In this document: positions 51,620-64,000 of the stretch, one piece after another
How positions within the stretch are numbered: position 1 is the first letter of the stretch
Layout of the letters: each line of letters opens with the position of its first letter
From: Octopus vulgaris
Taxonomy: Eukaryota
Assembly (NCBI GenBank): GCA_951406725.2
Contig: OX597816.1
Span: forward strand, 70,494,001-70,558,000
DNA: 64,000 nt
Reading direction: 5' to 3'
The notes under the pieces: model-generated
Databases searched by the model: none
What the model was told of the DNA's origin: nothing
What the model saw: the letters and a program-made list of their open reading frames with translations, nothing else
Program-made: the position numbers and the translations under genes

Positions 51620-51894
51620 CTAACGTTTTTGCCAGATGCTGCCCAGTAATAATAACAATATAAGTGGCCAGCAGGCAATTATTCCGATAAAGAGCAAATG
51701 CGTAAATTTTATAATTGATTCATAATTATAAATAAGGGTAGACGAAGTACCCAGTTTGCTACATATAAGAGCCAAAAATACTCTAATAAGCCAGAGTTTC
51801 ATTGAAAACATAACAGACCTAAGGCTTTAGTCTGCGGCTATCGGCCGAGATGGTAAGTTAATTTCCTTGCTCGTTGCACGCTTTCTGTCGGTCT

Positions 51895-52720
51895 GTAGGG
51901 CAACTCATTCCCGGACAACTCATACCTGGACAATTGAAATCTAGGACAACAGATTTATAGGACAACTGATATCTAGGACAACTTATTTAGGACAGCGCAT
52001 GACAGGTATAAAGTGATAACGATTTAATTTTGAAAGAAATTTTGTGTGCGTGTGGTGTGTGTGTGTGTGTATGTGTGTGTATGTATATGTGTGCGTGTGT
52101 GGTGTGTATACACACACATCACTCACACACACAAATACACACCACACGCACATACATACACACACACCACACATACACAATACACAAGCCACACACACAC
52201 ACACACACCAAACATACACACATCCGTGCACACGCACACATACACACAAATACACACATCACACACACGCACACGCATCCACATACACACGCGCCCACCC
52301 ACACATACACACCACACACATATTTGCGTGAGTGCGTGTGTGCATATAGATGTGTGTGCGTGTATGTGTCTGTATGTGAATGTGTCTGCATATTTGCATG
52401 TGTGCTTGTTCTGTGTGTGTATGTGTTCGTCTGAGTGGTGTGTGTGATGTGTGTGTGCGTGTGTGTGATGTGTGTGCGTGTGTGTGGTGTGTGTGTGGTG
52501 TGTATTTGTGTGTGTGTCTATGTATATGTGTGCGTGTACGTGTGTGTGGTGCGTATTTGTGTGTGTGTGGTGTATGTAGTGTATGTGTGTTTGTGCATGA
52601 GTGTTGTGTGTGCGGTTATTTTATTCTTGATTTTTCTTTCAAAATTAAATCTTTATCACTTTCTACCTGCTGTGCGTTGTCCTACATAATTTGTCCTATA
52701 TATCAGTTGCCCTGGCACGG
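51895..52720. mobile_element. Foldback-like TIR element with GGACAA sub-repeats and a TG/CA microsatellite interior
   Basis: About 80-bp inverted arms at 51960-52040 and 52632-52714. Confidence 0.7.
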
Positions 52721-52831
52721 TTTTCAGTGACACTGTGACTTATTGGAATATTTTTGAATCATATTCTTCGCAAGCTGGTACTTCATGTTCCCTTAATTAT
52801 AATTATGAATTAATTATAATATATATATATA

Positions 52832-53247
52832 AGCGCAGGAGTGTGGTAAATAGCCTGCTTACAAGCCACACGGTTCCGGGTTCAGTCCCACTGCGTGGCA
52901 CCCTGAGCAAGTGTCTTCTACTATAGCCTCGGGTCGACCAAGGCCTTGTGAATCTGGTAGACGGAAACTGAAAGAAGCCCATCGCATATATATGTATGTG
53001 TGTGTGTGAGTGTGTGTGTATGTGAGTGTGTATGTGTGTGTATGTGTGTTTGTGCCCCCACCATCGCTCGACAACCGATGTTGGTGTGTTTACGTCCCCG
53101 TAACTTAGCGGTTCGGCAAAAAGGTACCAACAGAATAAGTACTAGGCTTACAAAGAATAAGTCCTGGAGTCACTCTTTTCGACTAAAGGCAGTGCTCCAG
53201 CGTGCCCACAATTAAATGACTGAAACAAATAAAAGAATAAAAGAATA
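52832..53247 (+). mobile_element. Family C SINE, full length
   Basis: Head, core, internal (TG)n and LINE-like tail. Confidence 0.88.
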
Positions 53248-54001
53248 TATTATATATTGTGCGAATATGTTAGTCATAGTAGAAGGGATGGGATGTAGTC
53301 TGCAAATCAAGGGAGGTTACTCTTAGTATTAATTTGCCTTAATGGCTAGCTTAACGCATATTTAATGGGTAACTTCGCAATTATCATCTCATAATTTTCC
53401 ATCCTCTTCCATTGAGATAATTACAACTATTCAAGTTACATATTTCTTCTCAAAGTAAGATGAAACTCTGAGATGTGCCAATCAAGACCCAGAATAATAA
53501 AATTTATGCTTATCTTCATTTCTGCTGGAGTAGTTTCAATTTATGTTTGTATATTTCTTTGTGCGTTCATTCATTATTATATACGCGTGTGTGTTGGTAA
53601 GCAAGCTATACTTACCACACAGCCACTCCTTCGATCACAAAAAAAAAACAAAGACATCAACTCCGTTCCGCACGACGACCCAGTTGTCTCTCACCATTAA
53701 TCTTGGAAAGAAAAACTGTCCCTCGGTAATAAATGTACCATGTGACATACAGAGGACGTAGACATGGCACATTGTAGTGAATGAAGAGAGAGAAAAGTGG
53801 AAGAAAAAGTAAAAAATCAGGTTTTCCTTTACCAGAGTTTCTTAATCTTGGCAGAACGCTTCCTTCGAGTCATCGTGAGCAGCCAGGAAGACATCAAATG
53901 TCAAAAAGACGAATGTCCGAAGCCTTGATGTGTTCAGAAGGGTCGAGATTTTACTTGGAAATAAAATATTTAAACGAGATGCAACGATTATATTTTTCAA
54001 A

Positions 54002-54054
<53 letters not shown>

Positions 54055-55194
54055 CGCGCGCGCACATACACACACACATGATTAGCTTTATTACAGTCCA
54101 GATATTAATTTGAACGTTAGCAAACTGAAACTCCAATATTTTTTTGCCATTGCATCCTGTTGCATACATACTTAAAGTCGTTCTGAAATATAATCACCGC
54201 CGTCAATATATCTTCGCACAGTTTTATTTAAAAAGAAAATCATATTCAAGAAAAAGACATTTCTTTCTTTTGTATAATACTTTTTCTCTCTGTTCTGTGA
54301 ATAAAACAAGTTGATTGAAAAGGTACAAGGATATAATTAAGCGGGGGGGGGGTTATCAAGGATGCAAGGGAAACAACTCTCAATAGTTAACAGAAGAGTT
54401 ATATCCCTTGCATTATAAGTTACTGAATTTGTATATGTGCGTGTGTGTTAAGTAAATTGAGTATGTCGTTGGCTTTTGCGAGAATCCCAGGCAGCCGATT
54501 GCAACTGGAGGCGCTATCTTGAAAGCTGGGGGAACAAGGGTACAGACAAAAGCCACTACTTAAAGTGTGAAAGTGGACAAAAGCCCCATGCTTATATTTT
54601 TCGGGGTTTTTTTTTTTATTCACATTTGTTGGCGCCTAGCCCGGTCAAAACTTCTGAAATATTTCGTTTTCATTTTCATTTTACTTGTTAAAATCATTAA
54701 ACTGAGGCCATGCTGGGGCATCACCTCGTTCGAGCATTTTTTTTTTTTTTTTTTTCCCAATTTCTTCAAAGTTCTGCTTTTTTAGTTAAACGCAAAATAA
54801 TTTCAGAATAAACTTTGTCCATGGTATTAGCTGTCAGAAGTGAACGTAGAAAAATCTGACGTCAACTTCGTTTATTTACGTCAAGTTTATACCTTCGTTA
54901 ATTTACGTCGTTTATTTACGTATCACCACGCTGTTAGGTTTATAATACAATTGAGCACCCCATAGCCACCCCGTGGCTATGGCCTGACGATCCTAACAGA
55001 GTAGACTATGGTCAGAATCGCTCCAACTATGAACGTCCCGCTTTTTTCCTTCAAATATATTGTATCTACATAATTCAATGAGTTTCTCTGAGGAACATTT
55101 TTCGCTTATATGATTACATCTAATTTTGCCATTTATCACTTATATTATTCAGACGTAAGTAACGTCGTTCCGGCTGTGACAAACCCAACTATTT

Positions 55195-55415
55195 CTTTTC
55201 TGTTCTATATTTTAGAGATGAGGAATTCTGTACATTATTTACATTATTTACATTTGACGGGTATTTGTCCTCATCTTGTTTGTTGTTGACACAACGTTTT
55301 GGCTGATATACCCGCCAGCCTTCATCAGTTGTCCTGGAGGAATTTCGAACCTGGGTTCTCATTCTTATTCTTAAGGTAGTTTTCGATATTATTATTATTA
55401 TTATTATCATCATCA
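55195..55415 (-). mobile_element. Hammerhead-bearing element (inverted copy of 55960-56145)
   Basis: Minus strand GACAA-CTGATGA-A-GGCTG...CAGCC-AAAAC-GTT-GTGTC at 55288-55333. Confidence 0.75.
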
Positions 55416-55419
55416 TCTT

Positions 55420-55544
55420 GTTTACCAACCACATGGTTCAAGTCCCACTGCGTGGCACCGTGGGCAAGTGTCTTCTACTATAGTCTCAGGCCGACCAAAG
55501 CCTTGTGAGTGGATTTGGTAGACGGAAACTGAAAGAAGCCCGTC

Positions 55545-55591
<47 letters not shown>

Positions 55592-55790
55592 TGTGTGTGT
55601 TTGTCCCCTAGCATTGCTTGACAACCGATGCTGGTGTGTTTATGTCCCCGTACCTTAGCGGTTCGGCAAAAGAGACCGATAAAATAAGTACTGGGCTTAC
55701 AAAAGAATAAGTCCTGGGGTCGAGTTGCTCGATTAAAGGCGGTGCTCCAGCATGGCCACAGTCAAAATGACTGAAACAAGTAAAAGAGTA
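55420..55790 (+). mobile_element. Family C SINE, 5'-clipped
   Basis: Core, internal (TA)n and tail GGCGGTGCTCCAGCATGGCCACAGTCAAAATGACTGAAAC. Confidence 0.88.
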
Positions 55791-55867
55791 ATAATAATAA
55801 TACTAATAATAATAATTATAATAATAATAACATCGAAAACTACCTTAAGAATAAGAACCCAGGTTCG

Positions 55868-56145
55868 GGCGCAGTGGTTAAGAGCGCGGGCTAATAATCC
55901 CAAGATTCCGAGTTCGATTCCAAGCAGTGACCTGAACAACAATAATGATAATAATAATAATAACATCGAAAAATACCTTAGGAATGAGGACCCAGATTCG
56001 AAATTTCCCCATGACATCTGAAAAAGGCTGGAGGGTATATCAGCTGAAACGTTGTGTTAACAACAAACAAGATGAGGACAAATATCCGTCAAATATAAAT
56101 AATGTAAACAATGTAAATAATTCCTTATCTCTTAAATATAGAACT
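55868..56145 (+). mobile_element. tRNA-headed SINE-like element carrying a hammerhead-like motif
   Basis: GGCGCAGTGGTTAAGAGCG (A box), GAGTTCGATTCC (B box), (AAT)n spacer, then GACAT-CTGAAAA-A-GGCTG...CAGCT-GAAAC-GTT-GTGTT at 56013-56058. Confidence 0.7.
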
Positions 56146-56199
56146 TAAACTGGGTGGTAGAGTAAATTGACTAACTGACTAGCACTCTATTGGTTACGA

Positions 56200-56490
56200 T
56201 GACGAGTGTCCCAGTTGATCCAATCAATGGGACAGCCTGCTCATGAAATTAACGTCCATGTGGCTGAGCACTCCACAGACACATGTAGCCTTAATGTAGC
56301 TCTGGGGGAGATTCAGCATGACACAGAGTGTGACAAGGCCAACCCTTTAAAATACAGGTACAACACATGCCAGTTGAGTGGACTGGAGCAACGTGAAATA
56401 AAGGGTCTTGTTCAAGGATACAAGGCGTCACCAGGAATTGAACTCATAACCTTACCATCGCGAGCCGAATACCCTGACCACTGAGCCATG
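56200..56490 (-). mobile_element. tRNA-derived SINE (family D-related)
   Basis: TGGCTCAGTGGTCAGGG...GAGTTCAATTCC...TCCTTGAACAAGACCCTTTATTTCACGTTG. Confidence 0.7.
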
Positions 56491-57117
56491 CTAACTGAAG
56501 GATGTGAACCCAATTCCTGGTTCTAATTAAATAGATGTTGATTACTTCAGGTTTAAAATAATTAGTAATACTATAGCTGCCTGTACAATGACAGAAACAA
56601 GTTAAGGATAATAAAATAATGCTTAAAGCCAGGAGAAAATTACCTGGTGGGTGATGATGTCTCACCCACCCACCCACCCCTGGTTTTATTAATTAAGCCA
56701 ACAAAAATAAAACAAACAAACAACAAAACAAAAAGTTTCTGTGAATACCGGTGTTTAATTTCAGTCAAAAGTAGATATTTACATATTTACAGTAATACAA
56801 AGAGTGTAATTAAATAAATGCTTAATAATTAACAATTCTTTATGAGATTTACATAAAGGTGAAGAAACACTCAAATTATTCAGAATTCTTGAATATAAAA
56901 TATATTCTAAGCACTCTCCAGGTGAAGGAATATTTTCATGCAAAAATTAGTAAATTGTCTAATAAACATCAAAGTCAAATAAATATATATCATATTTGGT
57001 TTTTGGATTTGGTTTTTCAAAATTCTTGATCTAAACTTGTGTGTTGAAACATTTTATATTATTTTGGGAGGGTCATTTTGCCATTAATACACACATACAC
57101 TGGTTCCTTTTCATTTC

Positions 57118-57155
<38 letters not shown>

Positions 57156-57705
57156 GTCAATTGGTAAAATATTTAGCCAATTAACTTGTCTATTGTTCAA
57201 CTGATCATTTAGTCAGTCAATTAATTAATCAGATAGGTTTGTCAAAGTTCTTTTCTCACCATTCACAGTCTCAAAAAATAACCTACAAATGACAATTAAA
57301 AAAAACATTGCCAAACCTACCTGATTGATTGGGCGCCCAAACAATTAATCAAACAATCAATTAGTTAACTGATTAATCAGTAAATCAGTTAACTAATAAT
57401 AATAAAAGAAGTGAAATACAACCAGTGTTTATCAATTATTAGCGTAATGACCCTCCCAAGATACAATTTACATATGTTCTTATTTTTTTTGTATTTGATT
57501 TTGATATCATTATTGTTACTGTTATTTTTGTAGTCAGCATTTATATTTTTGTTGAAGTTAGTGTTGTAGTTACCTGAGTAATTTTTATTGCAAAAATAAA
57601 CACTAACACACTTAGTACACCAAGCAAGAAAATTTCTGTTAACAGAACAGTAGAATAAAAAGAAACTAGTGGTGTTTAGTATTGGAAAAATGTAATACAA
57701 ATAAT

Positions 57706-58162
57706 CTAACCCTTTTGTTACTGTATTTATTTTAAGATGCTCCATGTTTCTTTCAATTAATTTTAAATATAACCAAGAATTTAAGGTGGTGTTAGGAACA
57801 TAAATTGTGACTAAGGTTTGGTGGAAGATTTTAATTCAAAACTTATGAAAACAAGACATTAGTATTAAAGAGCCAGAGGCAGTTTCAGCCAGGTTGGTAA
57901 TGAAAGGGTTAAGAATTGTTTCTCTATTATAAATATATATATTGTTACCTTATTTCTGTTGAGATGCTCTGTGCTTCTTTCAATTAATTTTAAATATAAC
58001 AAAGAATTTAGTAAAATAACTTAGTTATCATTAAGCTAGTGTTAGGAACATAAATTGTGACTAAGGTTTATTGGAAAATTTTAATTCAAAATTTATGAAA
58101 ACAAGACATTTGTACTACAGAGACAGAGGCAGTTTCAGCCAGGTTGGTAATGAAAGGGTTAA
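57706..58162. mobile_element. Two tandem piggyBac-like MITE copies
   Basis: (C)TAA-CCCTTT...AAAGGG-TTAA at 57706-57912; the second copy ends AAAGGG-TTAA at 58162. Confidence 0.7.
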
Positions 58163-58544
58163 ACCAGGCATGGATAACCTTTTTTGAGAAACATGCAACA
58201 TGACTCAAAGCTCATCAACAGGCTGGCCACACTATTAAGAACATTCAGGGTAATTTTTCATTAGATGTGCCATTTTGAAAGTCACACAGGTTTCAATTTG
58301 TCCATGAGTGGTTTAAGCAGAGAAATATATTTTATGTCATGAGGAAGAAATGAAATCTAATGTCTCAGACATTTGTTTTTCTTTGAAGAATTAATCAAGG
58401 CTATACCCGTATCAAAGAGAGGTAAATGTAGAACAATGCTTAAAGCAAGCTAACAAAAGCAAAGCTAACAGTTCAAAAATAAATCAAAATTGAAATGGTT
58501 CGATGCACCAAAGTCTCAATGAATTAAAGTGGAATTTGGTTGAT

Positions 58545-59030
58545 ATGTGTTGCTATTAAACCATCGAGTCTTCTGTCTTCTTTTGGCAGTCATTTGTTAC
58601 TATAAACCAGCAAGCATGTTTTTGGTAGATGTTTGTTGCTATGAATCAGTTATTCGTCCTTTGAAAGACACACTGTTGCTATAGAACCAGAAAACCTTAA
58701 TTTCGTAGACTATTTTTGTTATCTGAAGCACCCAGTTTTTTCTTTATTAGACACCTGTACAATTGAACCATCCAACCTTTCTTTTGCAGACAGTGTTGCT
58801 ATTGGACTAGATAATTTCCCTTTGACTGTTGAAACTGTGAGCCTTCCTTTGCCAGGCTTATATGGATTGCTATTGACACAGCCACCAGCTTTCCTGCCAC
58901 AGAATCAGACAGGTGTTCCTGTTATAGATACCTGTTGCCATTGAGCTATCCAACCTTTGTTTAGCAGACACTGTGTGCTATTGAATCAGCCAGCCTTTCG
59001 TTCTTGGCCAATACATGTTCCTATTGAAGT
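58545..59030. repeat. Old degenerate minisatellite, period about 40 bp
   Basis: A TGTTGCTATTGAACCA-like motif recurs about 12 times. Confidence 0.6.
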
Positions 59031-59493
59031 AACATAATATTTGTGTTATTAAAAATTAAAATATGAAAGCTTCATTTTAAAGGTGGTGAGAAGTTTATTC
59101 TGGAAAAGATGTGACAACTACTTTGTAGATTCTGCAATTCCAGAGAAATTACAGGGAACATCTTTGTTGTTGTTAGAATTACTGTGATGCCCCAGTCCAT
59201 CTATGACTGAGTGGATCTATGATCAAGACTTTCTACTTATGACCACCTCCATCATCTTTTCTTCCACAGTGTACAGAGTATCTGGGACTACATTATATCC
59301 TATGTGATTCCTACTGAAAGATGATATGGTGCATGATATCATTAAACAATTGTGATTATGTTAATTAATCTTGTGATTGGATGATAAAATGGAAATATCA
59401 ATTTATTAGTATTTCTGCAGTGTACGCTGTTAGGCTGGAAGCTACTAAGCTGATAACCAGGATCAATAAGATAAGATCCAAAGCAACAACTGA

Positions 59494-59528
<35 letters not shown>

Positions 59529-59579
59529 TTATAATTAATATATTTATTAATTAATTACTTTATTATTCTAGTTTATTTT

Positions 59580-59687
59580 TAACCTGATGAGTGGCTATAT
59601 TTATATCGACGTGATTTTACTACTACTACTATTAATTTTTTTTACTATAATCATTTCTTAAATATAGCCACAAAACACGTGTCGTTA
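59580..59687 (+). ncRNA. Type-I hammerhead motif with a G12A change
   Basis: TAAC-CTGATGA-GTGGCTATATTTA...TAAATATAGCCAC-AAAAC-ACGT-GTC-GTTA; perfect 13-bp stem II. Confidence 0.75.
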
Positions 59688-59952
59688 TTCTACCCAATAT
59701 ATACGTTTTTATTATTATTTTGCAATTTACTTAATCATCGGTATATTATTGCTATTCTGTTTTTAATATTTCTATTATATGCAATTGTCTAGATGGTGTA
59801 ATTTAATTGTTCATTTTGAATTGATAAAAGGTGGGTTTTTTTCTAATTTGTATATATATATATTATATTTTATGAAGTTTGATTTAGTATTTCTAAATTG
59901 AATTTTTCCCTGTAAGTTAGGAATAATATTCCCTCAAATAATTATTATTATA

Positions 59953-60090
59953 TGGCGTTAGGAAGGGCATCCAGCTGTAGAAACTCTGCCAGATCAGACT
60001 GGGCCTGGTGCAGCCTTCTAGCTTCCCAGACCCCAGTTGAACCGTCCAACCCATGCTAACATGGAAAGCGGATGTTAAACGATGATGATA
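59953..60090 (+). mobile_element. 3' part of an RTE-related SINE-like element
   Basis: GGCGTTAGGAAGGGCATCCAG...CCCATGCTA.C.TGGAAAGCGGA...(GAT)n; longer copy at 63453-63738. Confidence 0.7.
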
Positions 60091-60449
60091 TATATATATA
60101 CACACCATATGTTACATATATTTGTACACAGATAGATACATATATACATACACATGTATATATATATGAATATATACAAGTGTATGTGTGTGTTTGTGAT
60201 GAACTGAACCTGGTTCACCCCAGTTCACATGAATCAGTTGCTACATTTTTCTTTGGAAACCAGTTGCTAATGTTTTATTGAACTCTGAAGAGAAACTAAC
60301 TTGTAAGGATTTCAACATTAATCATGCCACACAAACAAAGGACTGCCCACACATAACTGGTGGTCCAGTTTGCCCTTTGATGTGTTTTTGAGTGAAAGTT
60401 AAACAATTTGCTATGTAAAAATTTTTCGATTTTAATATTACATTTGGAT

Positions 60450-60665
60450 AAAGGCAGCAAGCTGGCAGAATTGTTACTGCACTGGGCAAAAACGCTTAGG
60501 ACTCATCTTAACGTTTTGAGTGCAAATGCCATCAAGGTCAACTTTGCCTTTCATCCTTTCAGGATCGATAAAACAAGTACCAGTTGAAAACTGAGTTCGA
60601 TGTAATTGAGTTAACCCACCCACCCACCCACTTAAATTGCTGGCTTTATGTCAGAATTTGAAATC
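60450..60665 (+). mobile_element. Degenerate family B SINE
   Basis: AAGGCAGCAAGCTGGCAGAA...GCCTTTCATCCTTTCAGGATCGATAA. Confidence 0.7.
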
Positions 60666-60857
60666 GATATTACAGTGAGGTGGTTCATAAAGTTATTTGC
60701 CAGGATAAGAGCAAAAAATGTGTTTTAGGTGTGTAGTTCTAAGGTCATGGTTTTCAAACCTTATTTCATGACACTCTGGAGATCAAATTTTAAAAAAATT
60801 AATGCCACACTCCATATTGAACATTAAAAATAAAAATAATAATAATAATAATAATAA

Positions 60858-61412
60858 ATGGCTTGATGCAGTACCAGGCAGTTGCTCTCATGGCTTCTGA
60901 TCTTAACTGATTGGAAGTGTTATAATGTACATTGTTTTGTCTTGGTATAAAAGATGGGCTACAGCAAATATTCTGCTCAATACCAAGATTTGCTTGTCAG
61001 TTGTTTGACTTTAACCAGTTGAGCATATCCCTTAGTGGCTGATGATATGTGCATCTTTGATCGCGAGCAGAAGTAGTGGGGGAGCATCATAGCCATGTGT
61101 TGAGAGGAATTCTTTGTGGTTTGGATAATTCACCTTTGGAAACATGGGTGTTTCATTCAACATCCATAAACAACCCTTATTCAGGAAACTTTTGAGCGAG
61201 ATGGGTTACTCGACCAGAAGTAAATTCTAACTGGGCCCCACCTGCAAGGTCACGTGCTGTTTATCTTGATATGAGATCACTATGTCACGCACATATGGTT
61301 GTGATGCATGTGCCTAGTGTACCCTTATCAGACGGGTAGTCATGATGGTTATACTGGGCTTCGTATATTTTACCCCAGAGTCACTTTGATGGCATGCACT
61401 GCTCTCTCACTC
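60858..61412. mobile_element. About 555-bp non-coding insertion within (AAT)n
   Basis: Higher-GC block with (AAT)n on both sides (60835-60857, 61413-61483); no ORF. Confidence 0.5.
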
Positions 61413-61471
<59 letters not shown>

Positions 61472-62782
61472 TAACAATAATAATCTGCTTTGACTCTTTA
61501 GATTTTAAACTAGCCATTCTATTTGATTTATGTTCAAACCAGCCGAATCTGGGCTCTCACACTTACCATACAATGTCATTTTAAAAATAAACAATCACAT
61601 CATCGAAATCTCAAAGCTACGAGATAACGCATGCTTAATTCAAAACGATGTGAATAAATAAGCATTCATTTGATTGAGTAATATGAATGGTAAAGGGTTA
61701 AAGTAAAAGAGAAAAGAAAAAAATATAGAAAACTATTGCCTGCCTTATTTGATTAATCACACCTTTGATTAATCAATTATGAATAATACATTTTTTTTTT
61801 CAAGATGTCCAATGACTGGATGATCACAAGTCTTAAATCGTAATTTTTTTCTTCAATTAATCATGGTGCATTTACATAATCCCCTGTGGTGCACCAATGC
61901 ATTGTGGTCCATTGTTCGAGAACCAATGCTCTAAGGAATGTGTGTGTGTGATTATATGTGTATATCTATATATATATATAGATATATGATTATATGAAAT
62001 AAGAGAATATATAAACATATGTATATTTCTGCTTGACTGTATGGAATTAGTTTGTGTGTGTGCATGCATGTATGTGTTTGCACATGTGTGTATAGCTGTG
62101 TGTAACTATATGGAATAAGTGTTTATATATGTGTATATATTTATGAGTGACTATTGAATAAGTGAGTATATAAACATGTGTGTGCATATTGTTGCTTGAC
62201 TATATAGATTGAGTGTGTATGCATGTGTGTATATTTTGGGGTGACTATATAGAATAAGTGCGTATATAAATACGTGCATGCATATTTCTGTGTGAGAACA
62301 TAAAATGAGTGTGTGTATGTATGTATGTGTGTATGCATGAATGTATGTATGTATGTGTGTATGTATATATGTGTGTATGCATGAATGTATGTGTGTATGT
62401 ATGTATGTATGTATGTATGCATGAATGTATGTATGTATGTATGTGTGTATGTATGTGTGTATGTATGTATGTGTGTATGCATGAATGTATGTGTGTATGC
62501 ATGAATGTATGTGTGTGTGTGTATGTATGTATGTATGTCTATTGCTTTGTGAATATACTGGGTGACTATGTTTATATCTAAGTGACCGTCTGGAATAAGT
62601 GGGTGTATATATGTGTATATGTGTGGATATTTCAGTGTAGCAATATTGAATGAATGTATGTATGTATATATTTCTCTGAGACTATAAGGAATGTCTGTAT
62701 ACGTGTGTGTGTGTGTGTGTGTATTTCTCTGTGTCTGGAATAAGTGTACATATATTTCTGTGTGACTATTGAATGAGTGTGT

Positions 62783-62828
<46 letters not shown>

Positions 62829-63452
62829 TTGTATATTTCAATATGTCTATATTGAATGCAAGTCCATAAAGTATCATATCATAAAATGATTTTTTAAAGA
62901 AAATTGAGATTGAATTCTAATTCTAAACAGTGTTATAAGAGTGGTTGGTGAGGAACATAAATTTCATATGATCAACCGTTCTTCTAAAGTCATAGTGTAT
63001 CTACCGTTGTGATAAACTAACATGTTCTTCATCACAGCTATGTTGCAACAAAACTTCTTAGAAAACAGTGGCATGGCATAGGTTTTTTTCACCCTGAGTG
63101 GTAGTCAAACTAGTTACCCACATCCTTAAATGTAATGTAACTTTGACTAAAGCAAACCTATGTATGTAAAATGGTCATTTTGTACAGTTCATAGACACCA
63201 TCTTATGCCAATTGTTGTTAGGGAATGTTTTGCTCTTCAAGGATTATTGGTAAGGAATTGAACATTGGCATCTTTACAGGGTATCTCAGAATTAACTATC
63301 TATTTCAGTGAAATCAGGCAAATTTTTTTTAAAAAACTCAATTTTATTTATATTTATCATGTTTAATATGTGTTAAAAGTGTATTAATTTTTAATTTTGT
63401 TTTTAATTCTATAATTTTAATAATTTTTTTATAAAACTCAATTTTATTTATA

Positions 63453-63738
63453 TGGCCATTGCCAGCGCCGCCCCAACTGACCTCCGTGCTGGTGGCACAT
63501 AAAAAGCACCATCCGATTGTGGCCGTTTGCCAGCCTCGTCTGGCACCTGTGCCGGTGGCATGTAAAAAGCAGCCACTACACTCACGGAGTGGTTGGCGTT
63601 AGGAAGGGCATCCAGCCATAGAAACATTGCCAAATCAGACTGGGCCTGGTGCAGCCTTCTGGCTTCCCAGACCCCAGATGAACTGTCCAACCCATGCTAG
63701 CGTGGAAAGCGGACGCTAAACGATGATGATGATGATGA
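63453..63738 (+). mobile_element. RTE-related SINE-like element with a long flanking duplication
   Basis: GGTGGCA..TAAAAAGCA twice, GGCGTTAGGAAGGGCATCCAG and a (GAT)n tail. Flank 63359-63430 is repeated at 63741-63800. Confidence 0.7.
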
Positions 63739-64000
63739 GAATGTTTAATACGTGTTAAAAGTGTATTAATTTTTAATTTTATAATTTTAATAATTTTTTT
63801 TTTTTTAATTCTGTTTTCATTCCTGTCTTGATTGGATCCTGATTATCTGTCTACAACAGCTTTTTGTCAATTTGGCTGCAATTATTTTCTCTACCTCCGC
63901 CTCCCAGGATGGAGCAATAGTTTAGCTGAACTTAAAGAACTCATTCAGTTAGTAGTGCAAGAGATAATTCCCAAATCGCTTCAAAATGCGATTTGCAATG

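Noticed and set aside
55868-55932. Functional tRNA gene
   Set aside because: No proper acceptor stem; it behaves as a SINE head. The same applies to 960-1036 and 16490-16566.

Overview
This is AT-rich eukaryotic DNA packed with microsatellites and almost entirely transposon-derived. The SINE families and the density of (TA)n/(TG)n/(CATA)n/(AAT)n repeats suggest an octopus (cephalopod) genome; that is an inference. The only long intact coding sequence is a CR1-group LINE (ORF1 12057-12968 with a Myb/SANT-like N-terminus and a CCCH finger; ORF2 APE+RT to 15916), preceded by a 1.5-kb higher-order tandem array. Also present: R4/Dong-type retrotransposon fragments in microsatellites, Penelope-like (GIY-YIG) fragments, an internally rearranged Helitron, several MITEs, three or more tRNA-derived SINE families, and a few weak candidate minus-strand exons. 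The main signal outside the ORF track is about 14 minimal type-I hammerhead ribozyme motifs (CUGANGA...GAAAC-[palindrome]-GUH, about one per 4.5 kb, both strands). They lie in Penelope 3' regions and in small non-coding elements, including a tRNA-headed element and a 575-bp terminally redundant unit, which suggests a diverse retrozyme-like system. Most ORFs in the track are microsatellite artefacts. All alignments and folds were done by eye.
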